Part shown: positions 15,104-25,463 of the stretch, piece after piece
How positions within the stretch are numbered: the stretch's first letter is position 1
How the letters are laid out: the number at the start of each line of letters is the position of its first letter
DNA from: Erysipelotrichaceae bacterium MTC7
Lineage (GTDB): Bacteria; Bacillota_I; Bacilli_A; Erysipelotrichales; Erysipelotrichaceae
Direction: 5' to 3'
Length of the DNA stretch: 32,000 bases
Assembly (NCBI GenBank): GCA_001695645.1
Contig: LVZN01000034.1
Location: forward strand, 60,001 to 92,000
The notes under the pieces: generated by a model
Databases searched by the model: none
What the model saw: only the letters and a program-made list of their open reading frames with translations
What the model was told of the DNA's origin: nothing
Program-made: the position numbers and the translations under genes

Positions 15104-15874
15104 CTTTTTGTTTGATACACGTATATCTTTGATTGAATCAATTACTTTTTCTAATGGTTCAAGTCGATTACGTTCAAGTGTAGAACGTAGATCTGGATAT
15201 GCTTTTTTGAAGTGAGCGATACGTTTTTCATATCGTTGACTTGCTTTAATGGTTTTGTCGGTAATATCCGTACGTAACGATTGGATGTTTTCATTGACTT
15301 GTTTAGCCAGGTGTTCTGCATCTGTACCAACCTTAACACGCAAAGCATTTGCACGTTTTAGTGCCTTGTTGATATCCAATGCATGTACAAATGAGAATGT
15401 TAAGTCCGTTATAAAGATTCCTAACAATAAACCAGTCAATACGTATTTTGTCACTTCCGGTAACGCTTGAATAAGCGCAAGTATTTCTGGGTGAATCACA
15501 TAAACAAGTGCCAATCCCATGATTCCAAACAAGAATGAGTTTTTTAAACAAATACGTCCATTCAAGTTGAACTTATAAGAAGAGTAATCCCACCAGCGAA
15601 GATGGAAGATTTTTTCCATCCCATAACTAGTTACGTACTCTAAGATACTTGTTACCACAACACCCAAAAGGAAAATGAGTGGTGGATAGGCGACAAATGG
15701 ATCCAATATATACAAAACAGCAAGTGCACCAAATCCGTAGATTGGGCAAATACATCCGTATAAAAATCCACGTTTCACCAAGTGTCTTTTCCCAACACTG
15801 ACATAGATAGTTTCACAAACCCATCCTAAAAAAGCATACATAAAGAAGGCAAGGATGGCATCAAACAGATTCAT
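15095..15874 (-). CDS. polytopic membrane protein (PF06541 'putative ABC-transporter type IV'-like) with a soluble C-terminal extension
   Basis: The N-terminus FFMYAFLGWVCETIYVS..G.L.GP..PIYGFGA is the family signature as I recall it. SD GGAGGAG upstream. 14-nt overlap with the upstream gene. Confidence 0.6.
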   Translation of the reverse strand: MNLFDAILAFFMYAFLGWVCETIYVSVGKRHLVKRGFLYGCICPIYGFGALAVLYILDPFVAYPPLIFLLGVVVTSILEYVTSYGMEKIFHLRWWDYSSYKFNLNGRICLKNSFLFGIMGLALVYVIHPEILALIQALPEVTKYVLTGLLLGIFITDLTFSFVHALDINKALKRANALRVKVGTDAEHLAKQVNENIQSLRTDITDKTIKASQRYEKRIAHFKKAYPDLRSTLERNRLEPLEKVIDSIKDIRVSNKKKR

Positions 15875-17120
15875 GTTGCTCCTCCATGTTTAGTTTTGCA
15901 TTACTCAACATCAATTTGATTCGGTTTTCCTGGTTAATGGAACTAGCTCCTGGATCGTAATCAATTGGCACAATGTTAGAGTATGGGTAATTATCTTTGA
16001 TTTTTCGCATCATTCCTTTTGCGACGATATGATTTGGTAGACAACCAAAAGGTTGGCAACAAACGATATTATTCACATCAGATTCAATAAGTTCCAACAT
16101 TTCACTAGTTAATAACCATCCTTCTCCCATTTTTACACCTTTCGAGATGTAATCAGAGGCGATGTTACTGATTTGACTGAAGTCTGACATGGGACGGAAA
16201 ACACCATGTTTCTTAATCGCTTTGATCATTTTACGTTGTGAGTGAATGATGTATTTAATAACGATTTTTGCAAAGTTACGATTCATTTTATTGATTCCAT
16301 ATAAACTGTAATCAAGTATCATATTTTCACAACAATAAGCAATAAAGTCCATCAATCCAGTTACAACAGGTTCTGCACCTTCTTTTAACAGGAATTCTTC
16401 CAAATTGTTGTTTCCAAGTGGGGAATACTTCATGTATATTTCACCAACGATACCAACTTTGACTTTATCCTCATTGCTGCGCGCAATCGTTGCATAATCA
16501 TCTAAGATTTCTTTGTAGTTCGCTTTAATGTGTAAGAACTTTGTTGAGTGTAAACTATCTGCAACTTTTTTGGTCCACTTTTTGTCCATTGCTGCTGTTG
16601 CACCTGGTTCAAGTTCATATGGTTTACATTGGTTGGAAATCCACATCAATAAATCACCATAAATGATTCCATATACCGCTTTGATTAAAAACTTATAAGT
16701 GAACGTAAATCCACTGTTTTTTTCAAGTCCGTAAAAGTTAACTGAAATAACGGGAACATGGGCCATACCATTGTTCTTTAATGCTTTACGAAGTAGGTGT
16801 ATGTAATTACTTGCACGACATCCACCACCCGTTTGTGTAATGATCAAGGCAATTTTATCTAAGTCATAATTTCCACTTTTTAATGCATCGATCATTTGTC
16901 CTACCACAAGCAAGGCAGGGTAGCACGTATCATTGTGTACGTTTTTTACACCTTCATTGATGATGTTTTGATGGTTGGTTTTTAACAATTCCACTTTATA
17001 ACCTTCAGAAACAAGCAGTTCCTCAATGATTTCAAAGTGCATGTTTAACATATTAGGAATCAAAATGGTATGCGTTTTTTTCATTTCTTTGGTAAATTCA
17101 ACGCGTTCTACTTTACTCAT
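15861..17120 (-). CDS. 2-hydroxyacyl-CoA dehydratase-family / activase-related subunit (C-terminal module of the fused 'CoA-substrate-specific enzyme activase' proteins)
   Basis: HTILIPNMLNMHFEIIEELL and QPFGCLPNHIVAKG motifs typical of this family. SD GAGAGGAAG upstream. 8-nt ATGAGTAA overlap with the upstream gene. Confidence 0.6.
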   Translation of the reverse strand: MSKVERVEFTKEMKKTHTILIPNMLNMHFEIIEELLVSEGYKVELLKTNHQNIINEGVKNVHNDTCYPALLVVGQMIDALKSGNYDLDKIALIITQTGGGCRASNYIHLLRKALKNNGMAHVPVISVNFYGLEKNSGFTFTYKFLIKAVYGIIYGDLLMWISNQCKPYELEPGATAAMDKKWTKKVADSLHSTKFLHIKANYKEILDDYATIARSNEDKVKVGIVGEIYMKYSPLGNNNLEEFLLKEGAEPVVTGLMDFIAYCCENMILDYSLYGINKMNRNFAKIVIKYIIHSQRKMIKAIKKHGVFRPMSDFSQISNIASDYISKGVKMGEGWLLTSEMLELIESDVNNIVCCQPFGCLPNHIVAKGMMRKIKDNYPYSNIVPIDYDPGASSINQENRIKLMLSNAKLNMEEQHESV

Positions 17121-20055
17121 TTGCTTCCTCTCTTTCTTCCATTGCTGCTAATAGGGAACGAATTCGAATTTTAACAGCTCCTAGGTTATCGATTTCATCG
17201 ATTTTAAGTTGTGTATACATTTTATCGTTTTCATGAAGAATTTCATGAATCTCATCCGATGTAATGGAGTCAAGACCACAACCAAAGCTAACCAGTTGCA
17301 CAAGCTCACAATTATCAATATTTGCAATATAGTTTGCTGCTTGGTATAAACGGGCATGATAGGTCCATTGGTTTAATACGTGGAACTTTTCGAACTCTAC
17401 GGTTCTAGCGACACTATCCTCTGAAATAACCGCAACTCCTAATGAAGTAATTAAGCGGTCAATTCCATGGTTAATTTCTGGGTCGATATGGTAAGGACGA
17501 CCAGCTAAACAAATGATTTTTAAATGTTCTTTTTGCGCATAAGCCAGTGCATCACGTGCATATTTTTCAATTTCATTTGTATGAGCTTCGTACTCATCGT
17601 AAGCTTTTTGACTTGCGTGTATCATTTCCTTTTTTGAAATATCATATCCGTGTTTTTTAAAGTAACGTGTAATTTTCTTTACGAAATCCTTTTTGTCGTT
17701 TAAGGATATATATGGGTAAAGGAAGGGAACATCAAGATCCATGTTGGCCTTAATGACTTCAGGATAATAGGCAACCACAGGGCAGTTGAAACAGTTGTCA
17801 CTAATCCCTTCATCAAAGTTGTAAGTCATTGCTGGATAGAAAATCACATCCAAATCCTTCTCTAATAAATTGACGATATGACCGTGAACAAGTTTTGCAG
17901 GATAACATGCTGTATCCGATGGAATCGTATGTTGTCCCTTATTGTAAATCGCTTTACTAGAACGATCACTTAAGACAACTTCAAAGCCTAATTCCGTAAA
18001 GAAGGTATGCCAGAATGGTAAGTTTTCGTACATATTTAAGACCATTGGTAAACCTAAACGACCTCGTGATCCTGGTTTTGATTTTTCTTTATAAGATTCT
18101 AACTTTGCCATTTTTAAAGCATAAACGTTAGGGATATCAAAGTTTGCTTCACCCTTGATTGGGCGTTCACATTTATTACCTGCAATTAACCGTTTACCAT
18201 CACCGAATGTATTGATGGTAAGACTACAATTATTTCCACACAATTTACAATTCACCACACGTGATGTATGTTCGAAATTTTCAACTTCTTCACGGTTTAA
18301 AATTGTACTTGTCCCAGTTGATTTTTCTTGGGCGATTAAGGCAATTCCAAACGCACCCATTAAACCTGAAATTTGTGGACGTACCACTGGTTTGTCCAAT
18401 TCTTTTTCAAAACTGCGAAGGACCGTATCATTTAAGAATGTACCACCTTGGACAACGATGTTTTTTCCTAAATCTTCTGGATCTGCGATTCGAATCACTT
18501 TATAAAGTGCATTTTTTACAACAGAAATTGCCAGTCCAGCACTAATATCTTCTACCGTTGCTCCATTTTTCTGTGCTTGTTTTACCGAAGAGTTCATAAA
18601 CACGGTACAACGACTACCTAAATCTACGGGATGTTGTCCCATCAATCCCATTTGTGAGAATTGAATGATGTCGTATCCAAGTGAATTGGCAAAAGTTTCA
18701 ATGAAACTACCACATCCAGAACTACATGCTTCATTAAGGATAATTTCATCGATGCGATTGTCTTTAATTTTAAAACACTTCATGTCTTGTCCACCAATAT
18801 CGATAATAAAATCAACGTTTGGTTCAAATAATTTTGCTGCTGTGTAGTGAGAAATTGTTTCTACTTCACCTTGGTCCATGTGGAAAGCTTGTCGTACAAG
18901 TTCTTCTCCATAACCAGTTACACCACTACCTGCAATTTGAATATTAGGATTGATCGCGTAAATGTTTAACAATTGTTCACGCACAACATCCACCGGATTT
19001 CCTTGGTTGGATGTATAGTTGGAATATAGCATACGATGTTGTTCATCTAACAACACAATTTTCGTTGTTGTACTTCCAGCATCAACTCCTAGGTATGCCT
19101 TTCCTTGATAACTTGCAAGATCCGTTTCTTCTACTTTAGCAAGGGCATGACGATTTTTAAATGCAAGATAGTCTTCGTCATTTTCAAATAGGGGAGGTAA
19201 GCCCTCATGAGTTACTTTTACATTCGCTGCATGTTTTAATGCATCCATCAATTGTGCATAGGTATAATCTTGTGTTTCGCCTTCAGCGCTGATAGCAGCT
19301 CCTAAAGCAACAAAGTACGGACCCATTTCTGGTAAGGTTGCTTGACTTTCATCAATCTTTAATGTCGCAATAAAACGATCACGCAATCCTTTATTAAAGG
19401 ATAAAGGACCACCAAGGAATAGAACATTGCCATCAATGTTACGACCTTGCGCAAGTCCTGTAATCGTTTGATCCACAACTGCTTGAAAAATACTTGCGGC
19501 TAAGTTTTCTTTTTGTGCTCCTTGGTTCAATAATGGTTGAATATCCGTTTTGGCAAACACTCCACAACGTGAAGCAATCGGATATAGTTTGGTATAGTTT
19601 TGTGAGAGGGTATCGAGTTGGGCTAAATCAACATTCAACAAGCTTGCCATTTGGTCAATGAAAGCACCGGTTCCACCAGCACACGTTGAATTCATTCGCT
19701 CTTCTAAAGCACCTTTCAAAAAAATGATTTTTGCATCTTCACCACCAAGTTCGATCACTACATCACTGTCTTTGTGATATTTTCGAACGGCTTTGGTTGT
19801 CGCAAAAACCTCTTGAACAAATGGTAGGTTTGCATTGTTTGCAATCCCTAATCCTGCGCTTCCCGTTAAAGAAATCTTAAACTTGTGATCTTTAATCAAT
19901 GGTTTAAGTTCTTCAATCTTTTCTAACGCCATTTCACGTACTCTTGATTTGTGGCGTTCATAACTCTTATATACTACTTCATTTGTATCGTTTAATACGA
20001 CTGCTTTAATTGTCGTAGACCCGATATCCAAGCCTATTTTATATGTCATATGCAT
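17113..20055 (-). CDS. acyl-CoA dehydratase activase-related protein with two BadF/BadG/BcrA/BcrD (ASKHA) ATPase domains and a Cys-rich/dehydratase-like C-terminal region
   Basis: Two phosphate-1 motifs (IGLDIGSTTIKAVV and LGVDAGSTTTKIVLL). Cys motif CKLCGNNCSLTIN...NKCERP. Start is ATG 20055 or 20049 after GAGGGAA. Confidence 0.75.
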   Translation of the reverse strand: MHMTYKIGLDIGSTTIKAVVLNDTNEVVYKSYERHKSRVREMALEKIEELKPLIKDHKFKISLTGSAGLGIANNANLPFVQEVFATTKAVRKYHKDSDVVIELGGEDAKIIFLKGALEERMNSTCAGGTGAFIDQMASLLNVDLAQLDTLSQNYTKLYPIASRCGVFAKTDIQPLLNQGAQKENLAASIFQAVVDQTITGLAQGRNIDGNVLFLGGPLSFNKGLRDRFIATLKIDESQATLPEMGPYFVALGAAISAEGETQDYTYAQLMDALKHAANVKVTHEGLPPLFENDEDYLAFKNRHALAKVEETDLASYQGKAYLGVDAGSTTTKIVLLDEQHRMLYSNYTSNQGNPVDVVREQLLNIYAINPNIQIAGSGVTGYGEELVRQAFHMDQGEVETISHYTAAKLFEPNVDFIIDIGGQDMKCFKIKDNRIDEIILNEACSSGCGSFIETFANSLGYDIIQFSQMGLMGQHPVDLGSRCTVFMNSSVKQAQKNGATVEDISAGLAISVVKNALYKVIRIADPEDLGKNIVVQGGTFLNDTVLRSFEKELDKPVVRPQISGLMGAFGIALIAQEKSTGTSTILNREEVENFEHTSRVVNCKLCGNNCSLTINTFGDGKRLIAGNKCERPIKGEANFDIPNVYALKMAKLESYKEKSKPGSRGRLGLPMVLNMYENLPFWHTFFTELGFEVVLSDRSSKAIYNKGQHTIPSDTACYPAKLVHGHIVNLLEKDLDVIFYPAMTYNFDEGISDNCFNCPVVAYYPEVIKANMDLDVPFLYPYISLNDKKDFVKKITRYFKKHGYDISKKEMIHASQKAYDEYEAHTNEIEKYARDALAYAQKEHLKIICLAGRPYHIDPEINHGIDRLITSLGVAVISEDSVARTVEFEKFHVLNQWTYHARLYQAANYIANIDNCELVQLVSFGCGLDSITSDEIHEILHENDKMYTQLKIDEIDNLGAVKIRIRSLLAAMEEREEANE

Positions 20056-20081
20056 TGTTCCCTCATTTTTCCATATGTGTC

Positions 20082-20111
20082 ATTCTAACACAAAGCTTCA
20101 CGAATATTCAA
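20082..20111 (-). promoter_or_regulatory. promoter of the activase operon
   Basis: The minus strand reads TTGAAT, 18 nt spacer, extended -10 TGtTAGAAT. Confidence 0.45.
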
Positions 20112-20244
20112 TGATTTGCAAAGGTTTCACACATGGTTATATAAGGATACAACAAGAAAAAATAGCCATTGGCAAATCAATTGGGAAAGTAAAGCGGTTT
20201 CATTGGACTTTCATGGGTATTCTAATGTGTTTATAAGTAAATTA

Positions 20245-20253
20245 TGATATACT
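20245..20253 (+). promoter_or_regulatory. extended -10 promoter upstream of the RNase J gene
   Basis: TGaTATACT, with a weak -35. Confidence 0.3.
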
Positions 20254-20306
20254 TGATTAAGGAAATTCACATACCAAATAATAAAAAAGAAAGAGGATTA
20301 TAATAT

Positions 20307-21971
20307 ATGGATACAATTAAAATATTTGCGTTGGGTGGTCTTGACGAGAACGGAAAAAACATGACCGTTGTTGAGATTAACGACGTAATCTTTATCGTGG
20401 AGGCGGGAATTATGATTCCTGACAGCGCTCTACTAGGCGTGGAATACGTCATTCCTGATTTTGATTATCTAATTGAAAATCAAGAACGCATTGCCGGGAT
20501 TTTTATTACGCATGCACATGATGATGTCATGCGAGCATTACCATTTTTACTAAAACAGATTAACATTCCAATTTACACTGGAAAATTCACATCGTTGTTT
20601 GTGCATGATTTATTACGTGAGGCAGGTATTAATGAATACGTGTTACACGTTGTGGACCGCTCAAGTACATTCAAAGTAAACGACGTTCCCATTCGTACAT
20701 TTGCGATGACACATGCAACACCAGACAACTTTGGTATTGCTTTTATGACAAGCCAAGGAGCAATCGTGTTCTCTGGTGAGTTCATTGTTGACTACAATAG
20801 TTTAAGTGATGAATATCGAATGGATGTCAATGTGCTAAGCGAAATTGGAAACAAGGGTGTGTTAGCTTTATTAAGTGAATCAGTAAGTGCCGCAAACGAA
20901 GGACATACTGCACCACATCACCAAATCAAAGAAAAGCTAGAACCAATCTTTGAAGAAAGTGGAAACGATCGTTTGATTGTTGCTTGTTACCGTCAAAGTT
21001 TATATCGCATCATCGAAATACTTGATATGGCGATGAAATATAAAAAGAAAATCTTTATTCGTGATAAAGAAATGATTAAAACGTTAAAGTATTTGGATGA
21101 ACTTGGATATTACAAAGTTCCAAAAAACATGATCATTCCACGTGATAAATTTAAAAACGATATGAAGAATGTCGTTATCTTAGTTACTGGACGAGGCAAG
21201 CGTTTATTCTTAAAGATCTCAACAATTGCTACCAATGAAGACAAGTATGTTGAAATGCAAAAGAACGATACAATTGTTATTACCAGTCCAGTGGTGAACG
21301 GAACCGAACACGAAGCGGTGAACATGGAAAATGAAATCTATAAAGAAGGTGGACGCATTTACTCCTTAAAAGCAAAAGATGCTGCAAGTATGCACCCATC
21401 TAAAGAAGATTTAAAGATGGCATTATTCTTATTTAAACCAAAATACTACATTCCAGTAAAAGGGGAGTATCGTCACTTAATTGCCAATGCAAACCTTGCA
21501 AGTTCAATGGGTTATGCAGATGATAAAATCATCTTGCTTGATAATGGACAAATCGCAACCTTTGTAAATCAAAAGTTAATTTCAACTGATGATGTTATCA
21601 AATTGGAAGATCAACTGATCGATGGAGATGAAAACTGGGATGTAACCGGGGTTGTCTTAAAAGACCGTGAATGGTTATCAACGGATGGAGTTATGATTAT
21701 TGGGGTGACTCTTGATAACCGCACGAAGAAAATCATCAGTGGAATTGATGTACAAACAAGAGGTTTGGTCTACTTAAAAGACGCAGACTACTTGATTAAA
21801 GAAGTGATGAACATCATGAAGAAAACAATTGAAAAAGCAGTGAAAGACCACCGTTATGACAACTTGGAGTGTCGTGCGGAAGCAAAAGATAAGATCAGTA
21901 AGTACTTGGTAAAAGAAACTGGAAAACGACCAATGGTCTTACCTGTGATTCTAGAAACAACAAACGTATAA
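20307..21971 (+). CDS. rnj: ribonuclease J family protein with degenerate metal-binding motifs (RNase J2-like)
   Basis: Collinear with B. subtilis RNase J1 as I recall it (FALGGL.E.GKN, THA.PD, KPKY.IPVKGEYR, RPMVLPVI). Confidence 0.85.
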   Translation: MDTIKIFALGGLDENGKNMTVVEINDVIFIVEAGIMIPDSALLGVEYVIPDFDYLIENQERIAGIFITHAHDDVMRALPFLLKQINIPIYTGKFTSLFVHDLLREAGINEYVLHVVDRSSTFKVNDVPIRTFAMTHATPDNFGIAFMTSQGAIVFSGEFIVDYNSLSDEYRMDVNVLSEIGNKGVLALLSESVSAANEGHTAPHHQIKEKLEPIFEESGNDRLIVACYRQSLYRIIEILDMAMKYKKKIFIRDKEMIKTLKYLDELGYYKVPKNMIIPRDKFKNDMKNVVILVTGRGKRLFLKISTIATNEDKYVEMQKNDTIVITSPVVNGTEHEAVNMENEIYKEGGRIYSLKAKDAASMHPSKEDLKMALFLFKPKYYIPVKGEYRHLIANANLASSMGYADDKIILLDNGQIATFVNQKLISTDDVIKLEDQLIDGDENWDVTGVVLKDREWLSTDGVMIIGVTLDNRTKKIISGIDVQTRGLVYLKDADYLIKEVMNIMKKTIEKAVKDHRYDNLECRAEAKDKISKYLVKETGKRPMVLPVILETTNV

Positions 21972-21987
21972 ATATAGGTGGGGACAT

Positions 21988-24216
21988 ATGGCAAAAAAGA
22001 AAACAACAAAAAGAACAAATAAAAAGAAGGACCGCGCTTTAGAAAGTGAGGTTCTTCTCTATGTCTACTGTTTACTTTTCATTACAGTAGCTCTCATTGG
22101 ATTACTAAGTGTCGGTCTCGTAGGGGAAATGCTCAACCATGGCTTGCGCTTTGTCGTTGGTGAAAGTACACCAGCTATTTTTGTCCTGTTTTTAATTCTA
22201 TGTGTGTACTACATGATTAAAAAAACATTCAAAGGTATGAACAAGAAACTTGTCATCATGTTGATCATTGGTTTTTTACTCATTCAAACCTTATTAACGA
22301 CATTTATGGATGTAGATTTTAAAGGGCAAGCATTTCTTACGTACTATATGGATAATACCGGAAACATTTTAAGTGGTGCTTTCCATGCTGGTGGAGGAAT
22401 TGTTGGTGCATTACTATACAGCTTATCTACGATTTTATTTGATAAAACAGGAACGTACATTCTATTAGCAGGATTGACATTAATTTACATCTTGGTTGCT
22501 TTGCGCAAAAAAGATCGCGAAATGATCAAAGCTTGGTTTACACGCATTGGTGAAAAACACGAAGTGCGTAAAGAAAATCGTAAGATTAAAAAAGTTGCTG
22601 ACAAAGAAGCAAAACTGTTTGATTATGAAGAGCCAGAAGTTGAACCAGAAGAAGACTTTGCCGATTTACTTTATCAAACAAGTGAACCAACAAATGTTGG
22701 TATTCTAGCTGATGATGTACATGAACCAGAAGTCACTACACCATTTGTGCAAGAGGAACATATCACAGAGCAACCTACAGAACGCCTTGTTTCAACGGAT
22801 TACTCGCGTTATAAACTACCGAGCATCAACTTGTTAAACGTGCCAGAGCGCAAAGGTAAAAACAGTAGCAACGTCAATGCTGCAAACGAATCTGGAAAAC
22901 GATTGGTGTACATCTTAAAGCAGTTTGATGTAAATACTCAACTGGTTGCAACACACATTGGACCAAGTGTAACAAAATTTGAATTAAAAGTAGAAGAAGG
23001 TGTCCGTGTTAATAAAATTAGCAACCTTCAACAAGATATTAAAATGGGCTTGGCGGCTAAAGATATACGAATCGAAGCCCCAATTCCTGGTAAGAGTACC
23101 GTTGGAATTGAAATTCCTAACCAAGAAAAAACATTGGTTAACATTCGCGATTTACTTCGTACCATTCCGCAAAGTAATGCCAATAAGAAATTGCTATTCA
23201 CCTTAGGGAAAGACTTAATGGGAAACAATGTCTATGGTGAATTGAATAAAATGCCTCACTTACTTATTGCCGGAGCAACCGGTAGTGGAAAGAGTGTTTG
23301 TGTAAACAGTATCATTACTTCACTTTTAATGCGTACGAAACCAGATGAAGTAAAGATGTTACTTATTGATCCTAAGAAAGTGGAATTTACGATGTATGCA
23401 AATATCCCGCATTTACTTGGACCTGTAATTACCGATGGAGATAGTGCAAACCGTGCACTTAAAGTGGTAGTTAATATCATGGAAGAACGTTACAACTACT
23501 TTTCACAGGCAGGGGTACGTAACATTGCTGGATACAATGAATTTGTGAAGAAAACTGGTGCAAAACCACTTCCATGGATCGTTGTTATTATCGATGAACT
23601 TGCTGATTTAATGTTGGTTGCAGCCAAAGAAGTAGAAGCGAGCATTCAAAGAATTACACAACTTGCCAGAGCTGCAGGGATTCATTTAATCGTTGCAACG
23701 CAACGTCCAAGTGTGGATGTTATTACCGGAGTTATCAAAGCCAACATTCCAAGTCGTATAGCCTTTGCAGTTAGTTCAGCTATTGACTCAAGAACCATCC
23801 TTGATCAACAAGGAGCAGAAAAACTCTTAGGTCTAGGAGATATGCTATACATTCCACAAGGTGAAAACTCACCTGTACGTGTGCAAGGATGCTTTGTCTC
23901 AGATGATGAAGTTGAAGCTATTGCAAATGCATGTAGTTCACAAGCTGGACCAAACTATGAAGATGCCTTTATTCGCTTAGAAGAACACGATGGGCAAGTG
24001 GCAAGCACCATCAGTAGTGATCCACTATTTGATGAAGTTTACCAATTTGTTATCGAATCGCAAAAAGCGAGCACTTCATTTATTCAACGAAAATTTTCAA
24101 TTGGATATTCTAGAGCTGCACGTTTGATTGATTTATTAGAAGAACAAGGAGTTATTGGACCAGCCAATGGTTCCAAACCACGTGAGGTCTACCGTAAACC
24201 AGCAACAGACGAATAA
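21988..24216 (+). CDS. ftsK: DNA translocase FtsK/SpoIIIE
   Basis: N-terminal TM helices, Walker A GATGSGKSV, IVATQRPSVDVITG, and a C-terminal gamma wHTH (ASTSFIQRKFSIGYSRAARLIDLLE). Confidence 0.95.
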   Translation: MAKKKTTKRTNKKKDRALESEVLLYVYCLLFITVALIGLLSVGLVGEMLNHGLRFVVGESTPAIFVLFLILCVYYMIKKTFKGMNKKLVIMLIIGFLLIQTLLTTFMDVDFKGQAFLTYYMDNTGNILSGAFHAGGGIVGALLYSLSTILFDKTGTYILLAGLTLIYILVALRKKDREMIKAWFTRIGEKHEVRKENRKIKKVADKEAKLFDYEEPEVEPEEDFADLLYQTSEPTNVGILADDVHEPEVTTPFVQEEHITEQPTERLVSTDYSRYKLPSINLLNVPERKGKNSSNVNAANESGKRLVYILKQFDVNTQLVATHIGPSVTKFELKVEEGVRVNKISNLQQDIKMGLAAKDIRIEAPIPGKSTVGIEIPNQEKTLVNIRDLLRTIPQSNANKKLLFTLGKDLMGNNVYGELNKMPHLLIAGATGSGKSVCVNSIITSLLMRTKPDEVKMLLIDPKKVEFTMYANIPHLLGPVITDGDSANRALKVVVNIMEERYNYFSQAGVRNIAGYNEFVKKTGAKPLPWIVVIIDELADLMLVAAKEVEASIQRITQLARAAGIHLIVATQRPSVDVITGVIKANIPSRIAFAVSSAIDSRTILDQQGAEKLLGLGDMLYIPQGENSPVRVQGCFVSDDEVEAIANACSSQAGPNYEDAFIRLEEHDGQVASTISSDPLFDEVYQFVIESQKASTSFIQRKFSIGYSRAARLIDLLEEQGVIGPANGSKPREVYRKPATDE

Positions 24217-24227
24217 GGAGAAAAGTT

Positions 24228-25463
24228 ATGAATTTAAAAGTGATTAACGAAACAAAATTCAAAAATATTATCATTAGTGTGCGTTTTCGTTCACCAATGA
24301 AAAAGGAAACGGTTGCCCAAAAGATGGTGATTTCAGATTACCTAACTAACGTATGTCAACCATATCCAACCAAAGCGATTCTTGTGGATCGTTTAAATGC
24401 CATGTATGGGGCAAGTCTATCAAGTAATTATATGACCTATGGAAATAGCCAAGTTGTTGAATTACGTGCACGAATCATCGATCCATCATACATTGACGGT
24501 AAACAGGATTTATTGATGGAAGCCATCGAAATGATGAAAGCATTTTTATTTGAACCATTGTTAGATGGTGATGGAAACTTGCTAAAAAACTATGTTGATG
24601 AAAGCATCCGCATGACGTTAAGTAAAACAACACGAATGATTGATGAACCAAGCCAATACGCTGCAAGCAAGGCACTTCATGATGCGGGGAAAGGTTTTGC
24701 CTTAGAAAATCAAGTCCTGTTTTTTGAAGATGCGGTAAAAGCAATCACGCCAGCATCTTTACTAAACGCCATCCAAACCATGGTTCGCGAAGACTACATG
24801 GAAGTTGTTGTCATTGGTAATGTTGATCCTATTGTAAACGCACAAATCAAAGATGCCTTCAACAATACAGGTGAATTAGTACCTGCCGTGTCTTACACGC
24901 TTGAAGCAAAACAAACCGATGTATATCAAGAAGAGTATCGCGACATCTCACAAGCATACATCTCGATGGTGTATCAAAGTCATGTAAGCAACGTGGATGA
25001 AGATTACTGGAAACTTGCAGTGGCAAATGCCATTTTTGGGCAAACACCATCTTCTTTATTATTTCGAGAAGTTCGCGAGAAACATTCTCTTGCATATTCC
25101 ATTCACTCTGGATTGCAACCCTACGATGGTGCGTTATGCGTCAACGTTGGTGTAAATGAAGAAAACATCGAAAAAACAATCGCTTTAATTAAGGAACAAT
25201 TCACACGTGTTCAAAATGGAGACTTTGATCATGACACCATCCAAGTAGTAAAAGATATGTTAGCAAACTCGCTTTATACACAAATGGATGATCTTCATGG
25301 TATTTTAAACTTTTCTTACCGCAATATGATTTTAGCCAACGATGCAACGGTTGAAGATATTATTGCAAACATCAACGAAACAACCTTAGAAGACATTATG
25401 CGCATCATGGCAAACGTAGAACTAGTGGAAACGTTTGTGTTACGTAAAGGAGATGACAAATAA
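24228..25463 (+). CDS. M16-family peptidase homologue lacking the HxxEH zinc motif (YmfF-like non-catalytic partner)
   Basis: M16 C-terminal-domain-like sequence (LFREVREKHSLAYS) with no HxxEH. Immediately precedes the catalytic-type paralogue. Confidence 0.7.
   Translation: MNLKVINETKFKNIIISVRFRSPMKKETVAQKMVISDYLTNVCQPYPTKAILVDRLNAMYGASLSSNYMTYGNSQVVELRARIIDPSYIDGKQDLLMEAIEMMKAFLFEPLLDGDGNLLKNYVDESIRMTLSKTTRMIDEPSQYAASKALHDAGKGFALENQVLFFEDAVKAITPASLLNAIQTMVREDYMEVVVIGNVDPIVNAQIKDAFNNTGELVPAVSYTLEAKQTDVYQEEYRDISQAYISMVYQSHVSNVDEDYWKLAVANAIFGQTPSSLLFREVREKHSLAYSIHSGLQPYDGALCVNVGVNEENIEKTIALIKEQFTRVQNGDFDHDTIQVVKDMLANSLYTQMDDLHGILNFSYRNMILANDATVEDIIANINETTLEDIMRIMANVELVETFVLRKGDDK

Noticed and set aside
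17113-17120. The activase / dehydratase-like split, considered as a frameshift pseudogene of a fused gene
   Set aside because: The downstream part has its own ATG and SD (GAGAGGAAG) in a classic ATGAGTAA overlap, and both ORFs are otherwise uninterrupted. A genuine two-gene arrangement is more likely, though sequencing error cannot be excluded.
18155-18847. Three plus-strand ORFs (60-116 aa) inside the activase gene
   Set aside because: They are antisense to a 980-aa ORF with clear domain motifs and have no SD sequences. They are shadow ORFs.
24228-25463. M16 homologue without HxxEH, considered as a possible pseudogene
   Set aside because: The frame is intact at 411 aa, has a strong SD and is start/stop-coupled to the catalytic paralogue. 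A non-catalytic M16B partner subunit is the normal arrangement.
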